Of a DNA stretch of 64,000 bases, positions 56,496 to 64,000 are shown piece after piece; position 1 is the first letter of the stretch; each line of letters starts with the position of its first letter. Under the pieces are notes generated by a model that saw only the letters and a program-made list of their open reading frames with translations, was not told where the DNA came from and ran no database searches. Made by a program: the position numbers and the translations under genes. This stretch comes from a virus (taxonomy: Duplodnaviria > Caudoviricetes): IMG/VR virus record IMGVR_UViG_3300028832_000096. One strand, given 5' to 3'.

Positions 56496-58934
56496 TTAAA
56501 ACTTTCTGTATTGATTACCAAATCCAGGTAATGGCGATTTTATTCCTGAACCAAACCTATTTGGTATGCCATAATTGTTACCAGTATTTACTGATGCAAT
56601 TGCATTGATTACACTCTTAGCAGGAGGTTTAACTAAATCTAAATGAGCAATTAGCGTAGAACATGCTCCGCATAAAGCATCGGCACAGTCTTTACCTATT
56701 CCTTTTGAGTTATATCCATTTTCCAATTTTGGTAATTCTGTTAATGAATTACTTTGTGCAGGGTGGTCGACACGGTCGCCATTTCTTTGCAAATTAATTA
56801 ACTCAATTTCTTGCAAATCGCATTTTACTAATTCTAATCTTTGGTCTTGCAATAAGTTCCTTAATGAGATGTAGGGGTCAATAGTTCTATCAACAGATAC
56901 CTTTTCTGTATCAAAACCTTGTTGGTCTAAATTCTCTCTAACATAAGATGATTGATACTGGTCGGTTGAGATTATGCCTAAAGCAAAACCGCTGCGTCTT
57001 AACCAGAGAATGAAATTGATAACTTTCTGGAAAGACATTCTATCGCCTCTAGGTGCTCCGATAGCAACTTGAAATATCTGTCTAAAGAAAGGCATAAGGA
57101 CTTTTTTATTTGTTTCCAAATCTACAATAGTTTTATTGCCATCAACCACTACTCCAGATATTCCTATATGGTCTGACTTCTCAGCGAAGTCGATATGGAT
57201 GTTCATAGGTAAAGCTCGCAAATTAGCTGGAACTACTTCTGGATGGAAATGACGCTCTATTGTATCATTGTCTCTCAAACCTATCTCATAGTAATCTTCA
57301 AAGAAAGGATTTACTCTAGTTTCAGAAACATTAGGAGTTATCATATCTTGTGTGATAAATCCCATTGCACCTACTACGGAAATACCTGCAATGTCTCTTA
57401 AAGCGATATCATAGTCGGCTTTGAAGTTTGGTTTATAATCTGCAGGTACTTCTAAGACCTTGTAGCCTTCTGTTCGATACTCTTGCAGATGCTGTTCATC
57501 AGAATTTTCATCAGGTACTACAAAACCTCTCTTATATCTGTCGCCTACAGTAATATAAAACTTTTCTGTGCCGAAACGATAAGATGGCAATACTTCCCAC
57601 TGAGGTTTGTCAAACAAATACATGTGAGTATTACCTGAATCAATCTGCTTTTCAATATGGTCTGAAAGATAATCGTTATCACTGTTCTTAGAAGAACAAG
57701 TAAACATCTTTCCATATATTTTACCATTGAGTTTGAATGTACCTGTGATACGAGCATTCGCTGTATCATATATGTGCTTCATGTGGGACTTAGATATCGA
57801 AATATCTTTTACACCTGCTCGAGAAAAATTTACCTCATCTTGCAAAAGGCAGTTATGAGAAACAATATCACTATTATCTGTAGAGATTATAAAATTATGC
57901 AAATCTCCTGCATTGATTACATCATACACTGGAATAGGCTTGTCATAATGAATATGTTCTATTTTAGCAACCTTCATTAATAGACTTCCAAATGAAAATA
58001 CCTTATCACTCTCAGTCAATTCGTCTAATCTCTTGTATGTACCATCTGCAAGCATTACTCTATGCTCAGGAGTCCCTTCAAATACTGAACCGTCTTCTAA
58101 TGTTATCTTTATAGTATCGCTTGTATACTTTGTTAGCATAACCGGAGCAGTCGCATAACAGTAATTAGAAGCATTATAATCATACTGCAAAACATTAATG
58201 ACACTATTTGCTAATTCAGATATAGGAAATATTCCCTTATCAGTAACAATCTTAGTACTTCCTACTAAACACCAAAGCTGCATGCCGAGAACGTGAGCTG
58301 CATCGGAAGCAGTTACTAACTCAATCTTATCACCTTCAGGTATGTATACAGGATAGCGTGCATTTGTGAATCGGCCATGAGAATTAAACCAAGGAGACTT
58401 TTTGAGAGTGTCGTTATACTCTCTGAAAGCTACACCTTCTGCGAGGTCTTTAGTAAGGTTAGCAAATGCAATTGTTGCTCGGGATACTTCTTTCAGACCA
58501 AAATAAGCTTGAGGATTTCTATAACACATCAAGAGATATGTCATATAACACATCATTGAAACTGCGGTTGATGTTTTACCGATACGAGTAGCACCGGAAA
58601 GGATAACTTCGTACTTTTCTTCCTCAGAATTAAATACAGTATTGTATGCGTCCCACCAGCCTGGATATATTTGAGAACCTTTGCCGTTAGACTCACCTAG
58701 ATACTCAGGGTCACATAAGAACCTGTCAATACTAACAGGTACTTCCTTAAAGTCTATCAAGTAAACTTGCTCTAATGTTTGAGAATATCCTTTATCGCTG
58801 AGCTCTTCAACAATCTTGATTAATACAGCTTGCTCCATAGGAGTACAACTGCTGTATATATCCTTAATACGTACGATTATGTCTTCATAATCTAGAGCAT
58901 CACTGCGTATTGGCGTTTGTATTAGTTCCGTCAT
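56496..58934 (-). CDS. terL: Terminase large subunit containing an intein
   Basis: Walker A SGATRIGKT, Walker B LLQDE, SS coupling motif, nuclease HIDFA...D, DHP...KDCADA. Confidence 0.92.
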   Translation of the reverse strand: MTELIQTPIRSDALDYEDIIVRIKDIYSSCTPMEQAVLIKIVEELSDKGYSQTLEQVYLIDFKEVPVSIDRFLCDPEYLGESNGKGSQIYPGWWDAYNTVFNSEEEKYEVILSGATRIGKTSTAVSMMCYMTYLLMCYRNPQAYFGLKEVSRATIAFANLTKDLAEGVAFREYNDTLKKSPWFNSHGRFTNARYPVYIPEGDKIELVTASDAAHVLGMQLWCLVGSTKIVTDKGIFPISELANSVINVLQYDYNASNYCYATAPVMLTKYTSDTIKITLEDGSVFEGTPEHRVMLADGTYKRLDELTESDKVFSFGSLLMKVAKIEHIHYDKPIPVYDVINAGDLHNFIISTDNSDIVSHNCLLQDEVNFSRAGVKDISISKSHMKHIYDTANARITGTFKLNGKIYGKMFTCSSKNSDNDYLSDHIEKQIDSGNTHMYLFDKPQWEVLPSYRFGTEKFYITVGDRYKRGFVVPDENSDEQHLQEYRTEGYKVLEVPADYKPNFKADYDIALRDIAGISVVGAMGFITQDMITPNVSETRVNPFFEDYYEIGLRDNDTIERHFHPEVVPANLRALPMNIHIDFAEKSDHIGISGVVVDGNKTIVDLETNKKVLMPFFRQIFQVAIGAPRGDRMSFQKVINFILWLRRSGFALGIISTDQYQSSYVRENLDQQGFDTEKVSVDRTIDPYISLRNLLQDQRLELVKCDLQEIELINLQRNGDRVDHPAQSNSLTELPKLENGYNSKGIGKDCADALCGACSTLIAHLDLVKPPAKSVINAIASVNTGNNYGIPNRFGSGIKSPLPGFGNQYRKF
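57852..58271 (-). mobile_element. Mini-intein (140 aa, no endonuclease) in TerL
   Basis: Starts CLVGSTKI; block B TPEHRV; block F/G VYDV...HNF...VSHN, followed by the +1 Cys. Confidence 0.92.
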
Positions 58935-59523
58935 TATTCTCAGTTACCTCATTCTCTGAAAGGTTTTCGGCAGAAGGGTTCTCTGTAGAAGTGTTTTCTG
59001 TTTTGCGGAGTTCTGTTAACAATGCTTGCGCACCATTTCTAATTGCATTACGAGATTCTTTCGGCAGTATAGCTGCACCAAAAGAAGTTTCTTCATTAAT
59101 TTCTCGAGGAGGTGCGATTGAATCTAAATCTATGTCCATGTAAGGTTTGAGCAATTCCTGAGATAATACCATAGACTTTTGTAAATCGCCTTGCACCTTA
59201 ACAAGCATTAACATTGTGGCAGGGTCAAATTCATCCATTTGAGACAGGTTGGCATCAATAGATGCGTATAACTTATCTTCAAGCCTGTCCATTACTTCAG
59301 TATATCTTATAATTCTTGATACTTGATGATATACTTGAAGAACTGCTATGTTTTGTAATGCTACTTTTGCAGAAGTAATATCGTTCTTCTTGCATGTTAA
59401 AAGGGCAGTCCTCATTTGGTCTGCCTGTGCTTTTTGTTCTTGTAATAAGGGGTCTACAAGACTATCGTCTAATACAGGTATATCTTCAGGCGCCCCAACG
59501 GTTTTGAGCTCGTCATTTTCCAT
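58900..59523 (-). CDS. Putative terminase small subunit
   Basis: Helical 207-aa ORF overlapping the TerL start, under a class A promoter. Assignment rests on position only. Confidence 0.45.
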   Translation of the reverse strand: MENDELKTVGAPEDIPVLDDSLVDPLLQEQKAQADQMRTALLTCKKNDITSAKVALQNIAVLQVYHQVSRIIRYTEVMDRLEDKLYASIDANLSQMDEFDPATMLMLVKVQGDLQKSMVLSQELLKPYMDIDLDSIAPPREINEETSFGAAILPKESRNAIRNGAQALLTELRKTENTSTENPSAENLSENEVTENNDGTNTNANTQ

Positions 59524-59592
59524 CTGTTTATGATACCTTTTTGTAATTTTGGTTTTGTTATCACTAATAAAGGTTAAACAAAATAAAAAAGA

Positions 59593-59611
59593 CCTTAGCG
59601 GAATGCTAAGG
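59593..59611 (-). terminator. Intrinsic terminator
   Basis: CCTTAGC/GCTAAGG stem plus T-run. Confidence 0.75.
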
Positions 59612-59649
59612 CCTCGATATCCCTCGAAAGGAGTTTATATGTCTAAGTA

Positions 59650-60027
59650 TTATTTTAACTCTACCTTATAGCGATACAATCCATCCATAGACTTTATCGG
59701 CTCTGTTATAATAAATCCAGCATCTTCTATTATATCAGCTATTTCATTCTTAGCATAATTATCTGCTATCTTGACTAATTTTCTAGGTAAATACTGGCGC
59801 TTAAATGTATAATCTACATTATCAATATCTTTCCCAGCAAGCTTATATAAATCAATTTTATCGCTCCATTTTTCTGTATCAGGTGCTACCCATATAGTAA
59901 TCCAATTCTTTCCAGAAGAAATACTTACAGTAACTGAATCAATACCTAAAATATTGCATATTTTCGATTCAATTAATCTTTCTATATCATCAAATGCATC
60001 ATACGATGCTTTTACAAATATCTTCAT
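59650..60027 (-). CDS. Hypothetical protein with MKIFVKAS leader
   Basis: ORF with AGGAG RBS and the tag. Confidence 0.75.
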   Translation of the reverse strand: MKIFVKASYDAFDDIERLIESKICNILGIDSVTVSISSGKNWITIWVAPDTEKWSDKIDLYKLAGKDIDNVDYTFKRQYLPRKLVKIADNYAKNEIADIIEDAGFIITEPIKSMDGLYRYKVELK

Positions 60028-60030
60028 AAC

Positions 60031-60210
60031 TTACTCCTGGCTGCCCATTAAGTCAAACATTACTACACTGAGATTTGCAATGTTATCTTTTGCGATTACA
60101 TCATCTTTATCACAAGTAGCAAGAATGTCGATTGCAGCTTTGATATGCTGCTGAGCGTCCTTATAGTTCTTTGACGCGTTGATTGTTTTCTTTGACTTCT
60201 TAATCTGCAT
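60031..60210 (-). CDS. Small protein (59 aa, not in the ORF track) with MQIKKSKKTINAS leader
   Basis: AGGAGG RBS; fills the gap between neighbours exactly. Confidence 0.7.
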   Translation of the reverse strand: MQIKKSKKTINASKNYKDAQQHIKAAIDILATCDKDDVIAKDNIANLSVVMFDLMGSQE

Positions 60211-60211
60211 A

Positions 60212-60730
60212 TTATTTATTCCTCCTATATGTAGGTGTTATAATACCACTAATAGCTTTGCGAAGTTTATCTTCATCGTCAATTGCATATACATTATTGG
60301 ATACATAGGAAAGCATCTTATCTATATACTGATTAGGAGTAAGTATTCCTTCTGTTGATATAGTTGCTTTGTAATTTCTCTTGAAAAATTTTAAGAAAAT
60401 AGCAACCCAATTATCTGCATAACTATCTATGTCAGTTGAATCAATTGATGTATAAGCAGTTCCTGGAAGATTGATTATTTCAATCTTATTATCAAAAGGA
60501 GAATAAATCTCAGGAGTAACTCCTAATTTATCAGAAATCTTGTCAGCTACCTGCAGTGCAATATCAATAAAATTGACCGCATTTGCTAAATCTTTATCAG
60601 AAATATCTTCTTTAGTAACTCTATTAATTAAAAGCTTTGCACCTAAATCTGCAGGTCCTTTTAAATAAGATTTGAGTTCAGATATAACTGTATTACCTGC
60701 TTCTGTAGTAGATTTGATATAAATTTTCAT
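60212..60730 (-). CDS. Hypothetical protein with MKIYIKST leader
   Basis: ORF with GGAGG RBS and the tag. Confidence 0.75.
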   Translation of the reverse strand: MKIYIKSTTEAGNTVISELKSYLKGPADLGAKLLINRVTKEDISDKDLANAVNFIDIALQVADKISDKLGVTPEIYSPFDNKIEIINLPGTAYTSIDSTDIDSYADNWVAIFLKFFKRNYKATISTEGILTPNQYIDKMLSYVSNNVYAIDDEDKLRKAISGIITPTYRRNK

Positions 60731-60747
60731 ATAAACCCTCCAAGTAA

Positions 60748-61080
60748 TTATATTAGTCCTTCAGCTTTTAAAGCTTCATACATTTCAATAACGCCTAATG
60801 CAAAATCTTTACTTGCGTCAAGATTTCCGTTAACTGCATCATTGTAAAATTGCTCAGCGTAGCCTTCCTGTCCTACATGAAGCGTTCCTTGTATCCTATC
60901 ATACTTGTCTTGAGCAAAACCAAAGAGGGCTTCTTTACCATCATCAGTCATCTCATCTAATATTTCAGGAATTGTGAGCTCACCCTCAGGGTCATATCTA
61001 GAAAGAATCTTATCTATAACATAAGTCTCGTTGTTATCATAAAGTATGTTGTATATCTGAATGAATTCATCTGTGCTCAT
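60748..61080 (-). CDS. Acidic hypothetical protein
   Basis: ORF with AAGGAG RBS. Confidence 0.7.
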   Translation of the reverse strand: MSTDEFIQIYNILYDNNETYVIDKILSRYDPEGELTIPEILDEMTDDGKEALFGFAQDKYDRIQGTLHVGQEGYAEQFYNDAVNGNLDASKDFALGVIEMYEALKAEGLI

Positions 61081-61092
61081 GGTTTATTCTCC

Positions 61093-61476
61093 TTAATAAT
61101 GTGACATCATTGGTTTAATATCCTTATTTAATCTTTGTAATTCAACTGCAACGGTATCTAATACAGCATCTACATATTCATAAGGAGTTTCATACATTTC
61201 GTCATCGTAGTCAGGGATTCTTCCTGTGCTAACTTCTTTACCTTTTTGAATATATCTTACCTGAAGCGGCTGTAAAGCTCCGATTTGTGCCCAAATATAA
61301 GGTGCTTCATCATAAGGGTGAATTTCAGATATTGTAGCTTTGAATTGGTCTAAATCCCCTAATTTATCGGCATCGACCATATGGCAACTAAACTTCTGTC
61401 TGCCCTGATTAAAAGATACATATTCGGTTAATTGCGAATTAAAATCCGAACTTGATTTAATATATCTTTTCATCAT
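61093..61476 (-). CDS. Hypothetical protein with (M)MKRYIKSS leader
   Basis: AAGGAGATATA RBS and the tag. Confidence 0.75.
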   Translation of the reverse strand: MMKRYIKSSSDFNSQLTEYVSFNQGRQKFSCHMVDADKLGDLDQFKATISEIHPYDEAPYIWAQIGALQPLQVRYIQKGKEVSTGRIPDYDDEMYETPYEYVDAVLDTVAVELQRLNKDIKPMMSHY

Positions 61477-61513
61477 ATATCTCCTTTAAAATAATCATCT
61501 GCATCATTCCAAT

Positions 61514-62053
61514 TTATATATCTATATCGCAATTCAGATTATAAAGTCCGCACGTATAAGAACCCTCTAATAATTCCCAACCGTAATTAATAACGTACTT
61601 ATATTTTTTAATAAGCTTAACAATTTCTACTAATCGCTTAGGATAACCATCTGTTACCCTTATATGAACTGTGACGTATGAGCCCTTATATAACGAATCA
61701 TAGCACGTATATGTAAATACTTCAGCGTCATCTACGTGTTCAACAGTTAGAATGTCTGATATATCTTCAACAATTGCTTTGGCGGCTTTAGCACGTTTAT
61801 CTGATTTATGTTTTATTTCATCCATCTTAGATTGAGCTATTTCACATACAGTATATGCATCTTCGTCAGATAGCTTATCAAAGACCTGATACATTCTATC
61901 TTCATTATATTCATCATACTTGTCAAATACCATATCTAAATCATAGCCGTATTTTTTGAATATCGAATCTATTTCATAACAAGTATCATAATACTGCGAA
62001 TATTCAATTAAGTATCCATACGCTTCTATAAAATTATCTATATCTACTGGCAT
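61514..62053 (-). CDS. Acidic hypothetical protein
   Basis: ORF with GAGGAGG RBS. Confidence 0.7.
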   Translation of the reverse strand: MPVDIDNFIEAYGYLIEYSQYYDTCYEIDSIFKKYGYDLDMVFDKYDEYNEDRMYQVFDKLSDEDAYTVCEIAQSKMDEIKHKSDKRAKAAKAIVEDISDILTVEHVDDAEVFTYTCYDSLYKGSYVTVHIRVTDGYPKRLVEIVKLIKKYKYVINYGWELLEGSYTCGLYNLNCDIDI

Positions 62054-62068
62054 CTGATAACTCCCTCC

Positions 62069-62329
62069 TCAGTTAAAATAATCTCCATCATTCCAATCAT
62101 CTTCAGGAAACTTACCCTCCATAGCGTCAGAAATCATATCGGCTAATCTTCCTGACTCCTCTCTATCTATTACTTTCCATTTCCAAAGCCAAGTAATCAT
62201 ATCGCATGCAGTAGCAATATCTGTTGAAGATGCTGTACCTTTGCGAATCTTGTTGATTGTATCATTGATAAACTTTTTCTTATAATCAATGGTCTTTTGA
62301 TTAACTTTAGAATGTGAATAGATTTTCAT
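62069..62329 (-). CDS. Hypothetical protein (MKIYSHS, weak leader variant)
   Basis: ORF with GAGGT RBS. Confidence 0.65.
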   Translation of the reverse strand: MKIYSHSKVNQKTIDYKKKFINDTINKIRKGTASSTDIATACDMITWLWKWKVIDREESGRLADMISDAMEGKFPEDDWNDGDYFN

Positions 62330-62332
62330 CTA

Positions 62333-62749
62333 TTATACCTCAGTATACTCAATACCTGCTGCATCAAGTGCGTCTAATCCGTCTTCAAGAAGCAGGATTC
62401 TATCCCACTCATCGTCATACTCATACCAACAACCAGCTTTATCAAGAACTTCAGCTACTTCGGTATAGTTATCAGGGGATATTCTATATACTGTAGCCAT
62501 CTCAGTATCATCGATATCTACATCTGCATTTGGAATTTCTGCAATGGCTTGCATGCGAGGACTAGCTTTAAGATAACCGTTTTCATCAAATTCGAAATTA
62601 TTGTAAGCAGCATAAGCTTCTAAAACATGCCAATCATTAGCGTAGTTATAATCGTTACGCCAAGCGAATTTGTTTAAGCTATTGAGAAAATTTGCAGTTT
62701 CAGCTATTGCGTTTTCCCAAGCGCTTGCGTATAAATCGTCAATCTTCAT
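62333..62749 (-). CDS. Acidic hypothetical protein (internal YLKAS)
   Basis: ORF with AAGGAGATATA RBS. Confidence 0.7.
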   Translation of the reverse strand: MKIDDLYASAWENAIAETANFLNSLNKFAWRNDYNYANDWHVLEAYAAYNNFEFDENGYLKASPRMQAIAEIPNADVDIDDTEMATVYRISPDNYTEVAEVLDKAGCWYEYDDEWDRILLLEDGLDALDAAGIEYTEV

Positions 62750-62762
62750 ATCTTATATCTCC

Positions 62763-63146
62763 TTAGTTAAGCGATAACCAGATTTCACGGTCAAAGTCAC
62801 CGCTCAATCTATCATAAAGATTTGAAGCAGCACGAGCAACTTCGCAATACAATGAAATCGTCATATAAGGATTACTTTCGTCATCTACTTCAAGCGCAGG
62901 AGCATTGCAATAAACGAACAAGAAATCAAATACTACGCAGTTTTCTTCTTCATCAATTCTAACATTGTTAAAACTTACTTGCATAGTAAAACCGCTGCCA
63001 AGATAGGTTTCAATTTCTTCATCGCCATAATTGATAAAAGCTAAATAACTTCCATCACTCTGAGCGCTGATATCAATTCTATCCGCAGGAAAACTGCCTT
63101 TACTTGCCAAGTACTCTGTGAAGATGTCTCTGTAATCCAAATCCAT
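62763..63146 (-). CDS. Acidic hypothetical protein
   Basis: ORF with AAGGAGATATA RBS. Confidence 0.7.
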   Translation of the reverse strand: MDLDYRDIFTEYLASKGSFPADRIDISAQSDGSYLAFINYGDEEIETYLGSGFTMQVSFNNVRIDEEENCVVFDFLFVYCNAPALEVDDESNPYMTISLYCEVARAASNLYDRLSGDFDREIWLSLN

Positions 63147-63164
63147 ATCTATATCTCCTTTAAA

Positions 63165-63533
63165 TTAAAAATATGTGCGTTCTTCGGGGTCGGAATAAAC
63201 GTCTATCTTATCAAGTATGTTAGAAACTATCTCGCATCTCTCAATATACTTATTAAGTTTATCTACATAATACTGAGTATCTGCATCTGCCTCAAAAGGG
63301 GTAATCTTGCAAGAGACAAAATCAACAATTGCTGAATAACCGTCTTCACCGTCATCATAAACTTCATCTCTAACATCTGAAAAAGCATAAATGATTTCAG
63401 CAAAAGAATTTATAATAATAGCCTCATAACCACCATTAGATTCTTCTACTCGGAAGTTATATGTAAATTCGTTACTGGGCTGATAAGTACGCTCTTCTAT
63501 AAAATCCTTTATTGCTTCCTTAATTGTAGCCAT
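63165..63533 (-). CDS. Acidic hypothetical protein
   Basis: AAGGAGATATA RBS; class B promoter at 63570-63576. Confidence 0.7.
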   Translation of the reverse strand: MATIKEAIKDFIEERTYQPSNEFTYNFRVEESNGGYEAIIINSFAEIIYAFSDVRDEVYDDGEDGYSAIVDFVSCKITPFEADADTQYYVDKLNKYIERCEIVSNILDKIDVYSDPEERTYF

Positions 63534-63575
63534 TATTTATATCTCCTTTAAATTAGATTCATTTATAATAACGAT

Positions 63576-64000
63576 TTATTCGTCATCTTCCTCTTCAGGA
63601 GGCAGCATAGGAAGTGCCTTAATTATAGGACGGATATCGTGCATTACACCATTTCCTCGAAAGGGGGGCTTTTCATAGCACTCAAACATCTTGCCGTAGA
63701 TTTCGCGCTCCTCCATTGTGTAGTAGCCTTTTTTCATGCACCGGCGGTAATTATCTAATAATCTATCTCTCATTAGACCTGTTATAGATTCAATGAATGC
63801 TTCTTGAACCGCAATAGCGTCTTTATCACGGCTATCTCTTACTTCTCTATATTTAACTGTAGCTTCGTTAGCTTGCTGAAGTATAACTAAGTCCTTTTTC
63901 ATTTCCTGTACGTCTTCAGCTAATGTATCTACTTTAGTTTCTACTGCTATAAATTGATTTTTAGATTGTTTTGATATTTCCGATACCTGTTCGGAAATTT
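63576..64000 (-). CDS. Phage protein with LxxxYxx...G...Y..GNG...LP C-terminus (5' end outside the window)
   Basis: The frame stays open to the window edge; this motif is often seen in phage lysis-adjacent proteins. Confidence 0.55.
   Translation of the reverse strand, partial: ISEQVSEISKQSKNQFIAVETKVDTLAEDVQEMKKDLVILQQANEATVKYREVRDSRDKDAIAVQEAFIESITGLMRDRLLDNYRRCMKKGYYTMEEREIYGKMFECYEKPPFRGNGVMHDIRPIIKALPMLPPEEEDDE

Noticed and set aside
9303-61476. MKRYIKAS tag as a Sec/lipoprotein signal peptide or as a DNA repeat
   Set aside because: No hydrophobic core follows the basic residues, and the nucleotide sequences differ at synonymous sites.
1-64000. Stop-codon reassignment (alternative genetic code)
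   Set aside because: Standard-code ORFs tile the - strand densely with intact long genes.
1-64000. Short + strand ORFs and out-of-frame - strand ORFs in the track (e.g. 28982..29551, 34887..35387, 33467..33817)
   Set aside because: They are shadows of well-supported genes and lack RBSs or recognisable motifs.
1-64000. tRNA, rRNA, CRISPR array, integrase, major capsid protein, prohead protease
   Set aside because: None was recognised by eye; capsid and protease are presumably outside this window.

Overview
This window is a 64 kb piece of a large, AT-rich, contractile-tailed (myovirus-like) phage genome, almost entirely coded on the - strand. The host is probably a Gram-positive Firmicute (inferred from strong AGGAGG RBSs, a CHAP endolysin plus holin, and no spanins seen). 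In transcription order (right to left) it holds: acidic small ORFs; putative TerS; TerL with a 140-aa mini-intein; a degenerate NAD-ligase/BRCT protein; portal; neck and tail-completion genes; holin and CHAP endolysin; a lone + strand endonuclease; a tail-tube gene split by an ORF-less 575-nt group II intron; accessory ORFs; tail sheath; SNF2 helicase and tiny ORFs; tail chaperones; tape measure; baseplate; paralogous fibre/RBP modules; and a 1647-aa YadA-repeat tail fibre. No major capsid protein or prohead protease was recognised. Main hunt results: (1) about 17 unrelated proteins share an N-terminal peptide tag M-K-x-Y-[IV]-[KR]-[AS]-[SN], which also recurs internally as linkers in a DarA-like putative polyprotein, suggesting a capsid-targeting/protease-processing cargo system; (2) the ORF-less group II intron, with EBS1-IBS1 pairing, splices in frame in the essential tail-tube gene; (3) two phage-specific promoter motifs, AACCTT(T)TAT and AATCGTTAT; (4) two candidate small RNAs, one displaying an anti-Shine-Dalgarno loop; (5) several apparent pseudo-enzymes. 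All family assignments come from motif recognition by eye, not database searches.
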